A stretch of DNA of 64,000 nt from Lama glama (taxonomy: Eukaryota). The position numbers and the translations under genes were made by a program. Location of the stretch: NCBI GenBank assembly GCA_028534125.1, contig CM052818.1, positions 44,952,001 through 45,016,000 of the forward strand, read 5' to 3'. Within the stretch, counting starts at the first letter, position 1; every line of letters begins with the position of its first letter. Positions 1 to 15,000 of the stretch are shown in pieces. The notes beneath the pieces were generated by a model. The model searched no databases and was not told the origin of the DNA. It worked only from the letters and a program-made list of their open reading frames with translations.

Positions 1-58
1 AAGCTTTTGTGGGGAATCAGCTGCCTTTTATAGGATTTACCTATTATAGAGAAAATTT
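1..58 (+). CDS. ROCK2: ROCK2 exon (partial): AGC-kinase C-terminal hydrophobic motif
   Basis: AFVGNQLPFIGFTYYREN; donor TT|gtatgt. Confidence 0.95.
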
Positions 59-3000
59 GTATGTGATTTGTTTTGTTACATTTTTATTGTTTTTAGCATC
101 TAGCTATAAAGAGTTATCTTAACTTTGAGACTCTGAATTATGGAAGATAAAGTGTTAATTTGTTTTAAACTGAATTTTTTCAATGACTATTATATGATAT
201 TCATTTACAAATGAATGTAAGGCAGTGTTCTGTATTCTTTGGGGGATATAGATTAAGACCAAATACCTGCTTTTGAAGGAGCTTGTCAACTAATGAAGGA
301 TATAAAGGAATTACATAGTCATAATGAAGGGTAGAATGTGATACTTGCCTTAAGAAAGGTACCAAAAAGATCTGAGATGGTTCAGACAAAAAATAAAAGT
401 CACATCTCTTTGGGATGAGGGTAGGGGGAAGTCAGGTAAGACTTCAGGGAAGAGGTGGCATTTTAGTCTAAAGATAAGAAAAGGTTTTGAGTGTCCAAGA
501 CATAGGGAGGTTAGGTGAGTGTGTTGGGGAAGTTAACAGTGGGAGCAAAAGCTTGTGATGTAAGCATAGGTTGGGAGCAGAGTAGTCTAGTCCAGCAGGG
601 CTCAAATACAGGGTGTGTATCACTGTTGTCTAACCACTTGGAGGACTCAGACTGTGGTTTTCTTGCCTGTAATCCCTCCATCTAGTGCAGAGCTTGGCAC
701 AGGATCATCCCATAAATATTGGTCAGTGAGTATTGGGTATAAGATTAGAAAATAGATAGGAATTGGAATTTAGGGAAAGACAGGGCAAGAATAGTGAACA
801 GCTGTGGGAAGGGACTTTTGACTTTGACAGGCAGTGAGGAGCCACTGAAAACTGTTAAATAGTTGAGTGAAGCACTAAAGACATTTGAGAAACATATTTA
901 TGAAATTTTTGATACTAACATGTATGTAATGAGGAGATCAACCATTACAGTTTGCCCAGGACTGAGGGGTTTCCTAGAATGTAGTGTGGGACTTTAATGC
1001 TAAAATCGAGAAAATCCCAGGCAAACAAGGATGAGTTGTTCATCTGCTAAAGACAGTATTCTGAAAACTACTGTAATACTAACTAAAATGAGAATATCAG
1101 TGCCAGGAGAAACCCAAGCATGTTTTATAAGCAGCGAGTAAGGACCCAGTTAAGAGAAACTGACAGTTAAATAGAAGTGATGATTTATGTATTAAGACCT
1201 GGAGATCAAGAGATGTTATCTTTGAAAAGGAGGAGAGACATCCCTTTCTAGAAAATTTCTAGAAAAGAAGAATAAAATAGTTACTCAAAATGAAAGGAAG
1301 TGGGGAAGTGATTCCAGCCTCAACAATGTTAAGACTAGAACATCTGAAAGAATTGAGAGGGAAATATACCTTCATTTAATAATATATATTGAAGTGAAAA
1401 GAAAAAGTCTTTGTGGTTGGAATTTAATTCTGAGAATAACTCAGTATTAGAAAATGAATTAAAATGACATGCAAAAGAATTTATTTCCTGCCTTTCCTTC
1501 TAGGTTATTAAGTGACTCTCCTCCCTCTTGTAGAGAAAATGATTCAATACAGTCAAGGAAGAATGAAGTATGTATAAAATTTTACTACTCTGTTTTAATC
1601 ACATGTCCAAGTATTTTAGTAATATCTATGCTTTTTAAAAGTTCACTGATGCTACTTTTAGATAGCATTTTTTTGTTGCAGTCCAGTTCAGCATAACATT
1701 GAAATGATTCATATTTGACAAGAATCATTGTGTGAGATCCAAGGGCTAATAAAAAGATAATTCTACATGGGTTTAGGCTTAGTTTTAGTAACAAAAGTGA
1801 TGGAATAAGTTTACAGGCAGCTGTTTTTTCTATTAGTTAGGAAATACTACAAGTATTATAAAAGAATATAGATAATTAGCTATAAGAATACAGAAATAGT
1901 AGAGAGATTTAAATTTTGAATATTTATCAATCAATTCATATGAAGGATAGTTTTATCAAACTGTTGCAATTTTTAAAAAAAGTTTTATGTACTGTTATTT
2001 TGTGACATCTATAATTTGTAACTGCATACAGAGCTAAATCATACACACATATATACACATAAATGAGGATGCTAAACATATTTCTCTTCAAAACTTATAA
2101 AAACTAAAAAGAATTGGTAAGATAATTTTGGTATGATTTGTGTTTTAGGCATTTTACAGAGCATAACAAGCATTTTTATTTTTGTTTTGTTTTAAATAGG
2201 AAAGTCAAGAGGTATGTTGAAGTCAAATATGTTGAAAAACAGAAACACTCACCACTCTGGCGCTGTTTTGATATAATCATGTTCTACCTAGCTTTGGAGT
2301 ACTTCATCTACCCAAGAGAGAATTTCCCAACCTTTTTTCTACCAAGTATTCCTTTCATTATTGCTCTTATGGCTCTGTTGTTTAAAATATGTATTATGTA
2401 ATTTTCTTCTTTTTATTTATTAAGGATATATAACTAGCAGCAAGAACTTTGGATTAGCTTGTGATAACTGTTGTGATCAAATTATACTAATGCAGTAGCA
2501 GCCAAAAGCTGTTAAACTTGACTAGTTACTGGCCTATATTTTATTACTAGGAAAATAAACAATTTTGCTTAAGATACATGAAATATTTAAGAAATCATGG
2601 AGAACCTAATAAAGCATAGTGGAAAGAACATTGGCATTGGAATCTAACAGACTTGGGTCTATTTTGGGCATTGCCACTTGCTAGCTGTTAACCTTTTTCG
2701 GATCTCTTTATTGAATAGACACAACACTACCCATCTTTTTAGTTTTTGTTTAAACTAATGGGACAATATTTGTAAAGTGCCTCCTGCTATTATACTTAAA
2801 ACACAAAAGGAACTCAAAAATTTTATTCTTTATACAGGCAATAATGCTCCAAAAATGGATTATTTACTATTTTCTGTACTTTACTACTACTAAAGTTAGT
2901 TTAAAGATTAACATATCAGGCTGATAAGAAGAGTTAAAGTATGGCAAGATGACTTGTAATTAATTAGCTGTCATTTATCCAAAATAGTTATTGATGACAA

Positions 3001-6000
3001 CTTTTTACTGTGTTGTGCCTGGCACAGTGTAGGAAGATATAAAGAAGAGCTTATATTCTTTTTCTTTTCTTTTCTTTTCTTTCCTTTTTTTTTTTTTTGA
3101 GATAAAATTGGTGTGTAACATTATATATAAGTTTCAGGTGTACAGCATTATGATTCTGCATCTGTGTCCATTGCAATGTGATCATCACCAAAAGTCTAGT
3201 AATCATCCATCACCATACATTAGACCCCCTTCACTCATTTTGTTCACCCCCAACCCCCTTTCCCTCTGGTAACAACCAGTCTGTTCTCTGTCTTTGAGTT
3301 TTTTTCTGTTTTTTTCTTTCCTTTTTAAAAATTTGTTTCCACATAGATGATACCGTACACTTTTTGTCTTTCACCTTCTGACTTCTTTCACTTAATGTAA
3401 TACTCACAAAGTTCATCCATGTTGCAGATGGCAAGATTTCATTCTTTTATATGGCTGAGTAGTATTCCAGTGTTTATATGTACCACACTGTCTTTATCCA
3501 TTCATCCATCGATGGATACTTAGGTTGTTTCCGTATCTTTGCTATTGTAAATAATGCTGCTGTGGACATTAGGGACATATATCTTTTCGAATTAGTGTTT
3601 TCATATTCTTCAGATAAATTCCCAGAAGTGGAATAGCTGGATTGTATGGTAGTTCTGTCCTTATCTTTTTGAAGAATCTACATATATTTTCTGTAGTGGC
3701 TGTACCAATTTATGTTCTCATCATCAGGGCACAGGGTTCCCATTTCTCCACATGCTCTCCACCTTTTGTTATTTCTTGTCTTTTTGATGATAGCCATCTA
3801 ACAGGTGTGAGGTAATTAATATTTTATTGTGTATTTCATTTGCATTTCCCTAATAATTAGTGATTTTGAGCATCTTTTCATGTCTGATGGCTATCTGTAT
3901 GTCTTCTCTGGAAAATGGGAAGGTCTTATATTCTTATTTTTTAATAAATTTTTATTGAAGTATAGTCAGTTTACAACGTTACATCAATTTCTGGTGTACA
4001 GTATAATACTTCAGTCATATATGAACATACATATATTTGTCTTCATAATTTTAACCGTAAGTTATAAGATATTGAATATAGTTCCCTGTGCTATACAGTA
4101 TAAACTTGTTTATCTATTTTATATATAGTAGTTAGTATCTGCAAATCTCAAACTCCCAATTTATCCCTTCCCACCCCATTTTAAGAATATATTAATATAT
4201 TTTTAGCATGTTCAAATATTCCAAATACTTGTTTCAAATATAGACCTTTTATCTATTACCTTGTAAGCACAAATGTTGATAGTGTTTTTAAATAAATAAT
4301 CTAAAAAAGAACAATGAAGGATATCAGAGGATATCCTTTATTCATAATGAATAAGAAACTTGACATCATAAAAGAATTCTGCTGCAATTAAAGCATCTCG
4401 TTTTCATGTTTACATAGTGTGTTTATACATACACTTGTACTGTGATAGTCAGAAAGAAGAGATGGAGGATTTTTTTCCCTCTGTCAATAAAAATCACATT
4501 AAGAAGGTGCAACTACTATACCTTATTAAGTTGAAAGAGAAGATTCTCATTGTTTTAAGCCTCTCATCGTTTAAATGTGATCAAACTTTATAATTATAGT
4601 TTCTTACTTTCTGACAGATTCAGAAAAAACTGTACACATTAGAAGAACACCTTAGCACTGAGATACAAGCCAAAGAGGAACTAGAGCAGAAGTGCAAGTA
4701 TGTTGTGTAGATAATTAAATGTTATATTTTAAAATATAAGTTTAAACATTTTACTAAAAAAGGAGAGCTACAAAGTAATTATATAATTATTTTACAATTT
4801 ATGGTAAATGTCTTTATTGTAAATTAGAGAGTTATTTACTGTTTCCTTTGAAACTTTTTAGATCTGTTAATACTCGTCTAGAGAAAGTAGCAAAGGAGCT
4901 AGAAGAAGAGGTAAAGTTGCTCTACACTTTTATTAACATTTTTGTTCATAAAAAGCTTTGATGCCTAACTTATCTGCAGAGTTCTCTTGGTACCATATTA
5001 ATACATGTCTTGATATATAGTAAAATCTGCCTTGTATCATTGGTGGACAGAGCTCAAATTAGAGGGAACCTTAATAATAGCCTACTTTTGTTGAGTTTTT
5101 ACAAATGAGTTAATTTAGCATACATAGATATTTCAAGTTAAAAAATTGTATTCATGTTAATGACATGGCTTAAAATGGAAATTGACGGTTGTTTCTTTTT
5201 TTTATTTAGATTCATAGTTTGTATTAAGTAAAGATGGTTCAGTGGTGATGGAATGTTATGGAAATTTTGACTTTTAATAGTAAAACACTTATGGTCTTGC
5301 TTATTTAAGAATAGTATGCTATTTTAAAAACATGGAAAACGTAGTTTTGACAAAATAGCAGTTAATAGCTTTTTTAAAGGTCTTTTTTTAATCTATTTGC
5401 TATAACTGGAATATTTTTGTTTTTATTTGATTTTTATACATATTTTCCTTTGACAATAACCTCAAGCATTATTTCAGATTAACTTACGGAAAAATGTGGA
5501 ATCAGCATTAAGACAATTAGAAAGAGAGAAGGCGCTTCTTCAGCACAAAAATGCAGAATATCAGCGGAAAGCTGATCATGAAGCAGACAAGAAACGAAAT
5601 TTGGAAAATGATGGTTTGTGGTGTAGAATATTAAATACTTACTAAGAAAAAATTAAGTGTTTGTGTATGTGTGTGTGTTGAAGCTTGCCACTGAAATGCT
5701 TTTTATCATAGTTAACAGTTTAAAAGATCAACTTGAAGATTTGAAAAAAAGAAATCAGAACTCTCAGATATCTACTGAGAAAGTGAATCAACTCCAGAGA
5801 CAAGTAGGTTGATCCCAATGTATAATAAGGATATTGAATTTTATTTATGACTGTCTGTTAACATTTATTTTAATTGGCAGTATTCTAAAAGGGAAATCAT
5901 TAGGAAAGTATTTTTAAGTTTTTGTCTATTTTAAATAGTTTGTAATGGGATAATAAATTGAAGTATTTTCATCATATATACCTGTATTTGTTGTTGTTTT

Positions 6001-9000
6001 GTTTGATTTTGAATGGAATAACAGCTGGATGAAACCAATGCTTTGCTGCGAACAGAATCGGATACTGCAGCCCGGTTAAGAAAAACCCAGGCAGAATGTT
6101 CAAAACAGATTCAGCAGCTGGAATCTAACAATAGAGATCTACAAGATAAAAACTGCCTGCTGGAGACTGCCAAGTTAAAACTTGAAAAGGAATTTATTAA
6201 TCTCCAGTCAGTTCTCGAATCTGAAAGGAGGGACCGGACCCATGGATCAGAGATTATTAATGATTTACAAGGTATTAAAGAAGAGCTTGCACTTGAATTC
6301 ATCTTAATGATTTGAGTTTTTAGATGATGGATAATGTGATGGATATACTACTGAATATACTACTCTGTTATGTAAAGTTAGGATTTAGAAAGAAATACAT
6401 TGATAACAAAATTTTATGAATGAAAGATTTACTTTCAAATAGTATGAAGTATTTTTAGTAATATACCACTTCTGAAAGTGGTAGATTTGATTCCAGTTGA
6501 ATTAACTAAAGCACCCTACTAACAATCATTAAAGTTCTGCTTAAAAATAACACTGTTAAAATATGTGAATTCTAAATTTTTTATTCTTAATGTGTACACT
6601 ATATGAGTTTACTGTTTTTAAAAATGTTACAATTTTAGGTAGAATATCTGGCCTAGAAGAAGATTTAAAGAATGGCAAAATCTTATTAGCAAAAGTAGAG
6701 GTGGAGAAGAGACAACTACAGGAGAGATTTACTGATTTGGAAAAGGTAAAACATGTTAAGTTTTGTATTTGTGTAAGAAAATGACTAGAGTTTCGGGTTG
6801 AAAAACTCATTCTAAAATAAGGAAAATTAGTAACTAAAATATTTCTGAATACTCATGGACTTTTTAATATTTACACTTGGTTATGTAGACTAGGGATATA
6901 TATTTTAAGGTTTACTGTAACACTGTACAAGCAGCCCTTAGTATGTTAGATACTTCGGAAGGGAAGGATTCTCCTGGAGTATATATAGAGAAGATGCTCT
7001 ATATATAGAGAGAGAAGATGCTTCTCTCTAGGCATCCAAAGGAAACTCGGATTTTTGACTTACACCATTTCTTTAAAATAGCATAAAGTTATCATGGCTT
7101 TTCATTCAGAAGTTTAAAAAAAATACTGTAAGCCAGGAATAATTTCTAGGCTCTATGCAGTTAATATTTGATTTTCATGCATTTTTTTATTTGTTCATTT
7201 AAGTATTTAGTGTATCATATGTATTAGAAATATGAGGATGCTGTCCTTGCCCTTAACAATCTCACAGTCTAATAATGAGTAATTTGTAAAGTAATGTAAA
7301 GCACACAGATAATTCTAGTACAATGTGGTGAGTAGAATGATGGAGGTATGGGCAGGGTATATTGGGTGCACAGAATGAGTCCCTAATCTGACGGGGCAGG
7401 ATTGGTTGCCAGGATAAAGGCACATTCTGAGTTGGGGAGTACAGTGTGAACATAAGAGGATAGAAAATTAAAAAGTCATAGTAGGTTTATTTAAGTACAA
7501 ACTGTTCAATATTTCTGGCGTATTAGCACAGGGGTCGACAAATTTTAATCTTTTAAGGGAAAAGCAGTAAATATTTTAGGCTTTGCAGGCCATATGGTCT
7601 CTGATGCAAGTATGTGAAAAAATGGGCATGGCTATGATCTAATGAAATTTTATAAAACTAGACATCAGGCTGAAACAGCCCTGAGGACCACAGTATGTTC
7701 CTCTTGTTGAGTGTGAGGAATTCACTGGCCAGAGTGAGGTTTCAGAGGTAGGCATGAACTAGATCATGCAAGATAATTGAATACTCTGCTAAAAAACTTA
7801 GTTGCTCTAAGTAATAGACTAGCCACTGAAGGGTTTCAAATTACATGATTTTTATTAGAGGTACTTTTAAGATAGATCACTGTGTGCCATGTGGACAGCA
7901 GGTTTGAGGAGGACAAAATGAAGTAGTTAGACTAGTCAGAGCCTTTTTCATTAAATCAGATAATGGAGACTTAACTGTAACTAGTACAGTAGTTCAAAGG
8001 GTGGAAAATAGGGATGAAGCTGAGAAATATTTGGCAGCATTTAGTGATTCGTTAGATGTGTCATGTGAATAGTACTCAAGGGTGAGTTCCAGGTTCCTAG
8101 TTTGTGATGAAATCTATATTGGTGCCATTAATTAATAACGAGTAAAGGAGAAATAGCTCTTTTATTAGAGCTATTTAAAATATATTTAGAGCTGTATAAA
8201 ATATATTGATAAATATATTTTAGTCCCAAGTTTGAGGTACCGAGGTACCTGTGAGACAGCCAAGTTAGCATGTCTGCAAAGCAATAAGCTCTGGTAGTAG
8301 CAGCAGCTAGGAATAGAAGTAGCTCAAACCATGCGAATGGAAGAGCCCATCTGGAAAGAGATTGCTTAGAACAGCAGTTTTTCAGGGCAGAGCAGATTAC
8401 TCTGTTGGTGGATTGTGTAGTTTGAAAAAAATCATTTTCATTATTGAAAAACAAAAGAAATACCTGTATTTATAATATAATCTACAGAAAACAAAGAATT
8501 AGAAAATCTTTGGGGGTATGCAGAAAATAGACTGACTTCTGTTAAAGATTCTCAACTTAAAACAAATCCCCTTTGTGGAAAATAAGGGTGAATAGTGGAG
8601 GATCCTAAGGGTTTTGCTGCTTTTTGGGGGGTTGTTTTTGCTTTTTGTTTTTTGTTTTAAGACAGAACAAAGAGAAATTAGGTATGTTTTAAAAGTTTGA
8701 GAAATAATGATACAGGAAGAGGAGAAGCGTATGGCTAAGGAACACTACCTCCAGAGAACACCAGCCTTTAAAGGGCAGCTGGGAGAAAACTTCACACTAG
8801 ACAAGATGGATGAGAGCAGGATGGGGAGAGCCAAGTGGGTTCAGGGTGTGTCAAAGAAGTAGTTTTAAGGATAGCAGTGAGTTCAGACGAGATAAAGACT
8901 GAAAAATGTCTGTTGAATTTGATACTTAGATATCATTGGTCACTTTATTGAGATCAAGCAATCTCAACAAGGATCTCACAACAGAGTGGAGGTGTGGGAG

Positions 9001-12000
9001 ATGGGTACAGTGGGGAGCGAACAGGTAAAGTATGTAGATTACTTTTACAAGAAGTTTGAATGAAGAGTGGAGGGAACATATTGAACATTATCAGTAAGCT
9101 TGTAAAAAAAACCTTTGTAAGTTTTGAAATTTTGAGCCAGTCTTTTCTGTTGATAGCTACCGTTTAAAATCTTTAATAGGAGAAGAACAACATGGAAATA
9201 GATATGACATACCAACTCAAAGTTATACAGCAGAGCTTAGAACAGGAAGAAGCGGAACATAAGGCTACAAAAGCACGGCTGGCAGATAAAAATAAGATTT
9301 ATGAATCCATTGAAGAGGCTAAGTCAGAAGCCATGAAAGGTATGCATTTTCATAAGTGGGTTCTCAGCAGCATTTTTATTAAGAATTAATTCTGTATTCA
9401 ACTCTGATTTTGAAAAATGTTTTTAAAAACTGTTAGGGAAGCTTGCATTTATTGATTTATTTATTTATTTATTTATTTAATTTATCCCCCCCCCCCCCCG
9501 TGAGGCAGTAATAACCATTGATGCTCACATTTGGTTGATTATTTTTTAAAATTAGTTCATTTGTTTATAGGATATTCTCTGAACTGATGAAGATAAACCA
9601 ATTCAGCATAGTAATAGCTATTATTTTTTCAAATTCCTTTTTACAACACTAACATAAGATGTAGATGACTTTCATATATTGCATGACTACACAAAACTTA
9701 AATTTTATAGACAGTATTCAAGTCTGATATAACACCTTTGGTCTTTCCATTGTGTATTATTGCCTCCTTTGATTAAGGATGTGACTTACCAGTGAATTAC
9801 TAGTTATTTGACCATGTCTAGTTACTTAACCTTTTTGTACCTTGAGTCTTGTAAAGGGACAATCACTGTATTAGGTTGTTGTGTAAACCAAATGCAATGA
9901 TACATGAAAAGTGCTTAGAAATTTTGGCTATTTTTAGTAGTGTGTGAAGAATGGTTTCATTTTTTCACACTTTTGAAGACACTTCATTAAAAACTGAAAA
10001 TTCATAGGTTTAATTTTTACCTAGTATAACTTTGTAATAAATGATAATTAGATGTTGAGTGTTAGGTATGAAGGAAAAGAACATAATTGAATTTGAATAG
10101 ATTTTCTAATCAGTGTATCAAAAGGTAATCCTTTAACTGTGGTAACTTACAGTTCATATGAAATCACTTGACATTAGACATAAACTTTGCTTTTCACTTT
10201 GAAATTGAAAAAGGCTTTTAAAAACCTTTTCTGATTAATAAAACAAATTAAAATTTGTTGCAAATAATTTAGAAAATATAGGAAAGTGTAAAAGAGTAAG
10301 TAAAACTAATCACAGTCCTGCTAATCAGGGTGTTTTGTATGTTTTCTCAATTTTCTATACTGTTTTGCTTTTTTTCTTTTAAAAAATATTGTGAACATTT
10401 TGTTAGGTCATTGAAAATTTTCCTTAAGTAGTGAGCACTTATGAAGTGCTTGCCATATGCCAGGCAGCATTTAAGTACCACACCTGTATTAACTCAAAAT
10501 CTTTGCAAAATCCCTATGGGTGTATGTACTACTATCACCATTCTAGAGATAAGGAAGCTGAGCCTCAGAGAAGTTAATTAAGTTCCTAGTCAAATAATTA
10601 GGAAGTGTCAGAGCCAGGGTTTGATTCTAGAGTCCTGTTTTTTTTGCCAACTCCCTAAAGCATCATTTTCATCCTCTGCATAGTAATATGCTAACATGGA
10701 AAGAGGGCATAGGATCTACCTGGAATGTTTTTAGGTAAGAGTTAAACTGAGAGGCACAGAGTAGCAGGAAAATAAAAGAAATATTTATGTAATAAGGTGT
10801 CTTTTAGAACCATATATAAAGGCAAAATTACTTTACTTTCATTAGAATGGATGTAATATTGCAGAATGTGGTAGATTTTTATACCCTGCAAATGAAACAC
10901 CTAATTTTCAAACATGAAATTGTTGACATCTCAAGTACATTAAGAATAGTGCTAAAAATATTAAATTTGAAATTCTAAAAATTGTTTTTAAGGTAGCATC
11001 ATTTACTACAATTTTTATTAGCAATGTGTCATGTATTTGCTATACTTTTGTTTGCAAAACCATAATTATGTCCATTTTTCTGGCAATAGAAATGGAGAAA
11101 AAGCTCTTGGAGGAAAGAACTTTAAAACAGAAAGTGGAGAACTTGTTGCTGGAGGCTGAGAAAAGATGTTCTATATTAGACTGTGACCTCAAACAGTCAC
11201 AGCAGAAAATAAATGAACTCCTCAAACAAAAAGATGTGCTAAATGAGGATGTAAGTGTGAAGTTTACTAATAAATAATAATGAACTATTTAATGAATTAT
11301 AGTAAACTAGGTTTATTTATAAAGGCTCAATGATGGTTTTATAATTAAAAAGTTTTCTTGTATAGTAATATTTTATAATGTTTTAATTTTACTGAATCAG
11401 GATTATATACTAAATTAATCATAATTAAAAATTTTTAAATACCATATTTTATTTTAAAAATATATCATGGAAAATCCCAAAAATATTTTACTGTGAAAAG
11501 AATTAACTGCATAAGGGCAAAAATCTGTTTTATATTATCACATTTACTGCCAGCTTCATGATAAGAAGAATAAAAAAAATTTACTTACGTACCAAGTACA
11601 AACTTTATTTTTTAGGTTAGAAACTTGACATTAAAAATAGAGCAGGAAACTCAGAAGCGCTGCCTTACACAAAATGACTTGAAGATGCAAACACAGCAAG
11701 TTAACACACTAAAAATGTCAGAAAAGCAGTTAAAACAAGAAAATAATCATCTCATGGAAATGAAAATGAGTTTGGAAAAACAGAATGCTGAACTTCGAAA
11801 GTAAGTTAATTGCTTCAGACAAAGAAATCTAATGTGCATAACTATCCACATGTAAATTATGTTAACTTTAGTTTATCTGGGGATTTTCTTCTTATCATTT
11901 TATTTTCTTGACCATGTTTTCTCTTTCTTTCTGTACAAGTAATGTGTTGAGTGGCCCTGTTGTCCTTCAAAAAGATTTTATTTGCTTCCCCAACAATTTT

Positions 12001-15000
12001 TTTCCTATTGCCACCTATTAACGATTTAAGCGATAGAGTGTTGATGTTAGAGCAGAAGAAAATGTCCCGGATTTGCACTCTGTGTTCTTAAGATTCCTCC
12101 TCAGGACTGTCCTTCAAGCATATGTGCTTTTTGTTTGTTCTTTAATTTCTGATACTTGGAAATGTTTGACTATTAAGCAAACACCATATAAATTGTTAAA
12201 CTATTTTTTCAGGATATGCTCTAGTGCTCCATTTAACTGACTTAGAATGTAGAAAACCCTACCACCTTTCCTTGCAGTTTCTTCTGTGTCTGTATTATTT
12301 CATTGTAACCATGTGCACATTACATGGTTACTTTCTGAAAAATAGTTTTCTTAAATACCTAAAAAATATTAAGTTTTTCAAGTTTCATATAATGAATGAT
12401 AGCTCTTCAAGAAGATCATGATATTAAAATTACACTGGGGTTTGCTGCAAGTGTACTTAGCTGGTGATGATGAGACAATTTTAAAACTTATCTTTCATGT
12501 GTCATTATCACCTTTCTTTCACATTTTTGGCTCTGAGAAATAAGAATTAAATTCCTTAATAGTATACTCATCAATAATAAAATACAGAATTAACACAGAT
12601 AAGTGACATTGAGTGATAATTTCCTTTTTATCCAGAAGTTGAAGGGCCAATGAGTAAACAAAACAATCAAATTATATTAAATGAAAATAAGGTTAAAAGT
12701 CCTAAGTAATATAGAAACTGAAGATGATGTGATTAAATCATTTAATCTCTGAGTCTTTCTTGCTGTATACATTTTTTGAATATCCAAATAGAGGTAAAAT
12801 ATTTTCTCACTGTGAAATACTCTCACTGCAAAAATAAAGAGAAAAGACTATGAACTTTCCTTTATGAATGCAGATATATTTAGTCCCTCCAAAGGTACCA
12901 TATCTTAACAATTTATTTATCCTCCCACACCTTCTTCTGTGCCTATCATACATCTATATGACATATATAGGGTTGAGTTTTTAATAGATTTTATTTTGGT
13001 TGTTAGTTGTATTTTGTATGTTATATTGTTCTCCAACTTGCTTTTTTCTCCCTTAGCTTTGACTTGGAATAACTATAATATTTTTTTAAATAAGCCTAGA
13101 CTTTATTTCAGCCCAACCTCTTAAATGAGTTGTTAGGCTCATTTTTTGTTTTCTTTTTTCTTTTTTCTTTATTAAAGATGAAAATATGTTTAAAAAGCAT
13201 ACAAATGATGAGTGTAGAGCTCAGTGAAGTTTTACAAAGTATTCAATTCTGAGCAGTTACTATTCATATTTATGTATAAAAACCTGCACTCCTTACCTCC
13301 CCACAGGCTCCCTCCTGGTCATTTCCTCTCTCATTCTAAGGTAACCCATTTTCAGGTGCTCTTTTAATTCTCTTACTCGGTTGGCATAAATGGCTGATCA
13401 CAATGAATGTCTGAGAATACATAATTTAGTGTTACTGGTTTAATATAGCACTATTTGATCTTAGAACATCTTTATACTCTTAAAAATTATCAAGGGCTCC
13501 AAAGAATTTTTGTGTATGTGAGTTATATCTAATGATATTTTTTGTGTGAGAAATTAAAACTGAGAAAATTTTGAAACACAAGCTCATATGAGCACACATT
13601 TCATTAGCTGTTGGAGTGATGACAGCATCATATGTCATGCAGCCCCATGAGACATCCATATACACTGAGAGAACTAAAGTTTTTTCAAAAAGCAATGATT
13701 CTTAGTATTATAAAGATAATTTGACCTCATGGATTCTGAAAAAGGGTCTCAGGCACTTTCAGGGGTTTCCTAGACCCCATTTCGAGAGTTACTGGCTTAA
13801 TAGGTGTATAACTTATTTAAAGCCCTTTGATTCTATGTCCTCCCTACAGAGAACGCCAAGATGCAGATGGGCAAATGAAAGAGCTCCAAGACCAGCTTGA
13901 AGCAGAGCAGTATTTCTCAGTAAGTTCCAGACACATCACTTTGAAAATTGTTTTATTTGTAGAATTTAAAAAATTTTTTTGCTTCAGAAAGAGGAGGCTG
14001 ATTCTTGTCTTTAGAATATATTCTTATAGCAAACCCCATACAGAATTTTGGATGGAATGTTTTGTAAAACACACATAAAAAGAACATCTGGACAAAAGAC
14101 CGTGGATAGTTTAATAGAAATCCATTATCATTGCTAGAAAAATAGTTCTAATCAATTAGTTCAAAATCTAATTGATTTTTGAAGGGAGAATATATTTTCA
14201 TAATGAAAGAAATAAAATTGTCATTTTAATACTTGTACTTTTTGAGTTTTAAAATACAAAGTTGTAACTGCCACTTCTGTTTTACTGATTTTAAGCCAAC
14301 AAAATTTTCTTGTCTAAATTAGTTATATTTTTCTGTGCCTCTTCATTCGTCCTACCAGCCTGTCATTTAATGAGAAATCTCACTGTGATATCCTATTGAA
14401 AATCATGGCCCTAACTTGTTAGCTGAACTTCTATTAGTTAATTGATTGATTATCAAAAATAGAAAAGCTCATTAAACTATTAATTTGTTCATGGGCTCAA
14501 CATTACTTAATATTATAAACATATTTGTATGTGCTCAGTTGGGCTTTTTGTCTGGATAGGTTTTGAAAACAGAAGTAATAGTCTTGATGATGATGATGAT
14601 AGTTATGATGATACTTGTTTCTATTATATTTTGCTCTGTAGACCCTCTATAAAACACAGGTTAGGGAACTTAAAGAAGAATGTGAAGAAAAGACCAAACT
14701 TTGTAAAGAATTACAGCAGAAGAAACAGGAATTACAGGATGAAAGGTAAGAACAAAACCCTTGTCTCTTTTGTTCATAGCCATGTTCCCTACTCCTCAAA
14801 CAGTGCCTGCTGTACTGCAAATAAAAATTTGTTGATGAAGTAAACTAGGAAAAACATTGACTCTGTAATGAAAATTGAACATTTAAATTTTATATTAACT
14901 CTAAAATATAGGGATTCCTTGGCTGCTCAGCTGGAGATCACCTTGACCAAAGCAGATTCTGAACAGCTGGCTCGCTCAATTGCTGAAGAGCAGTATTCTG

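Noticed and set aside
1244..1264. TTTCTAGAAAATTTCTAGAAA resembling a heat-shock element
   Set aside because: The central spacing is 3 nt, not the 2 nt required for a contiguous nGAAn array; probably a small tandem duplication.
6980..7030. Short tandem duplication with local palindromes (tatatatagagaagatgct x2)
   Set aside because: Low-complexity slippage product with no evidence of function.
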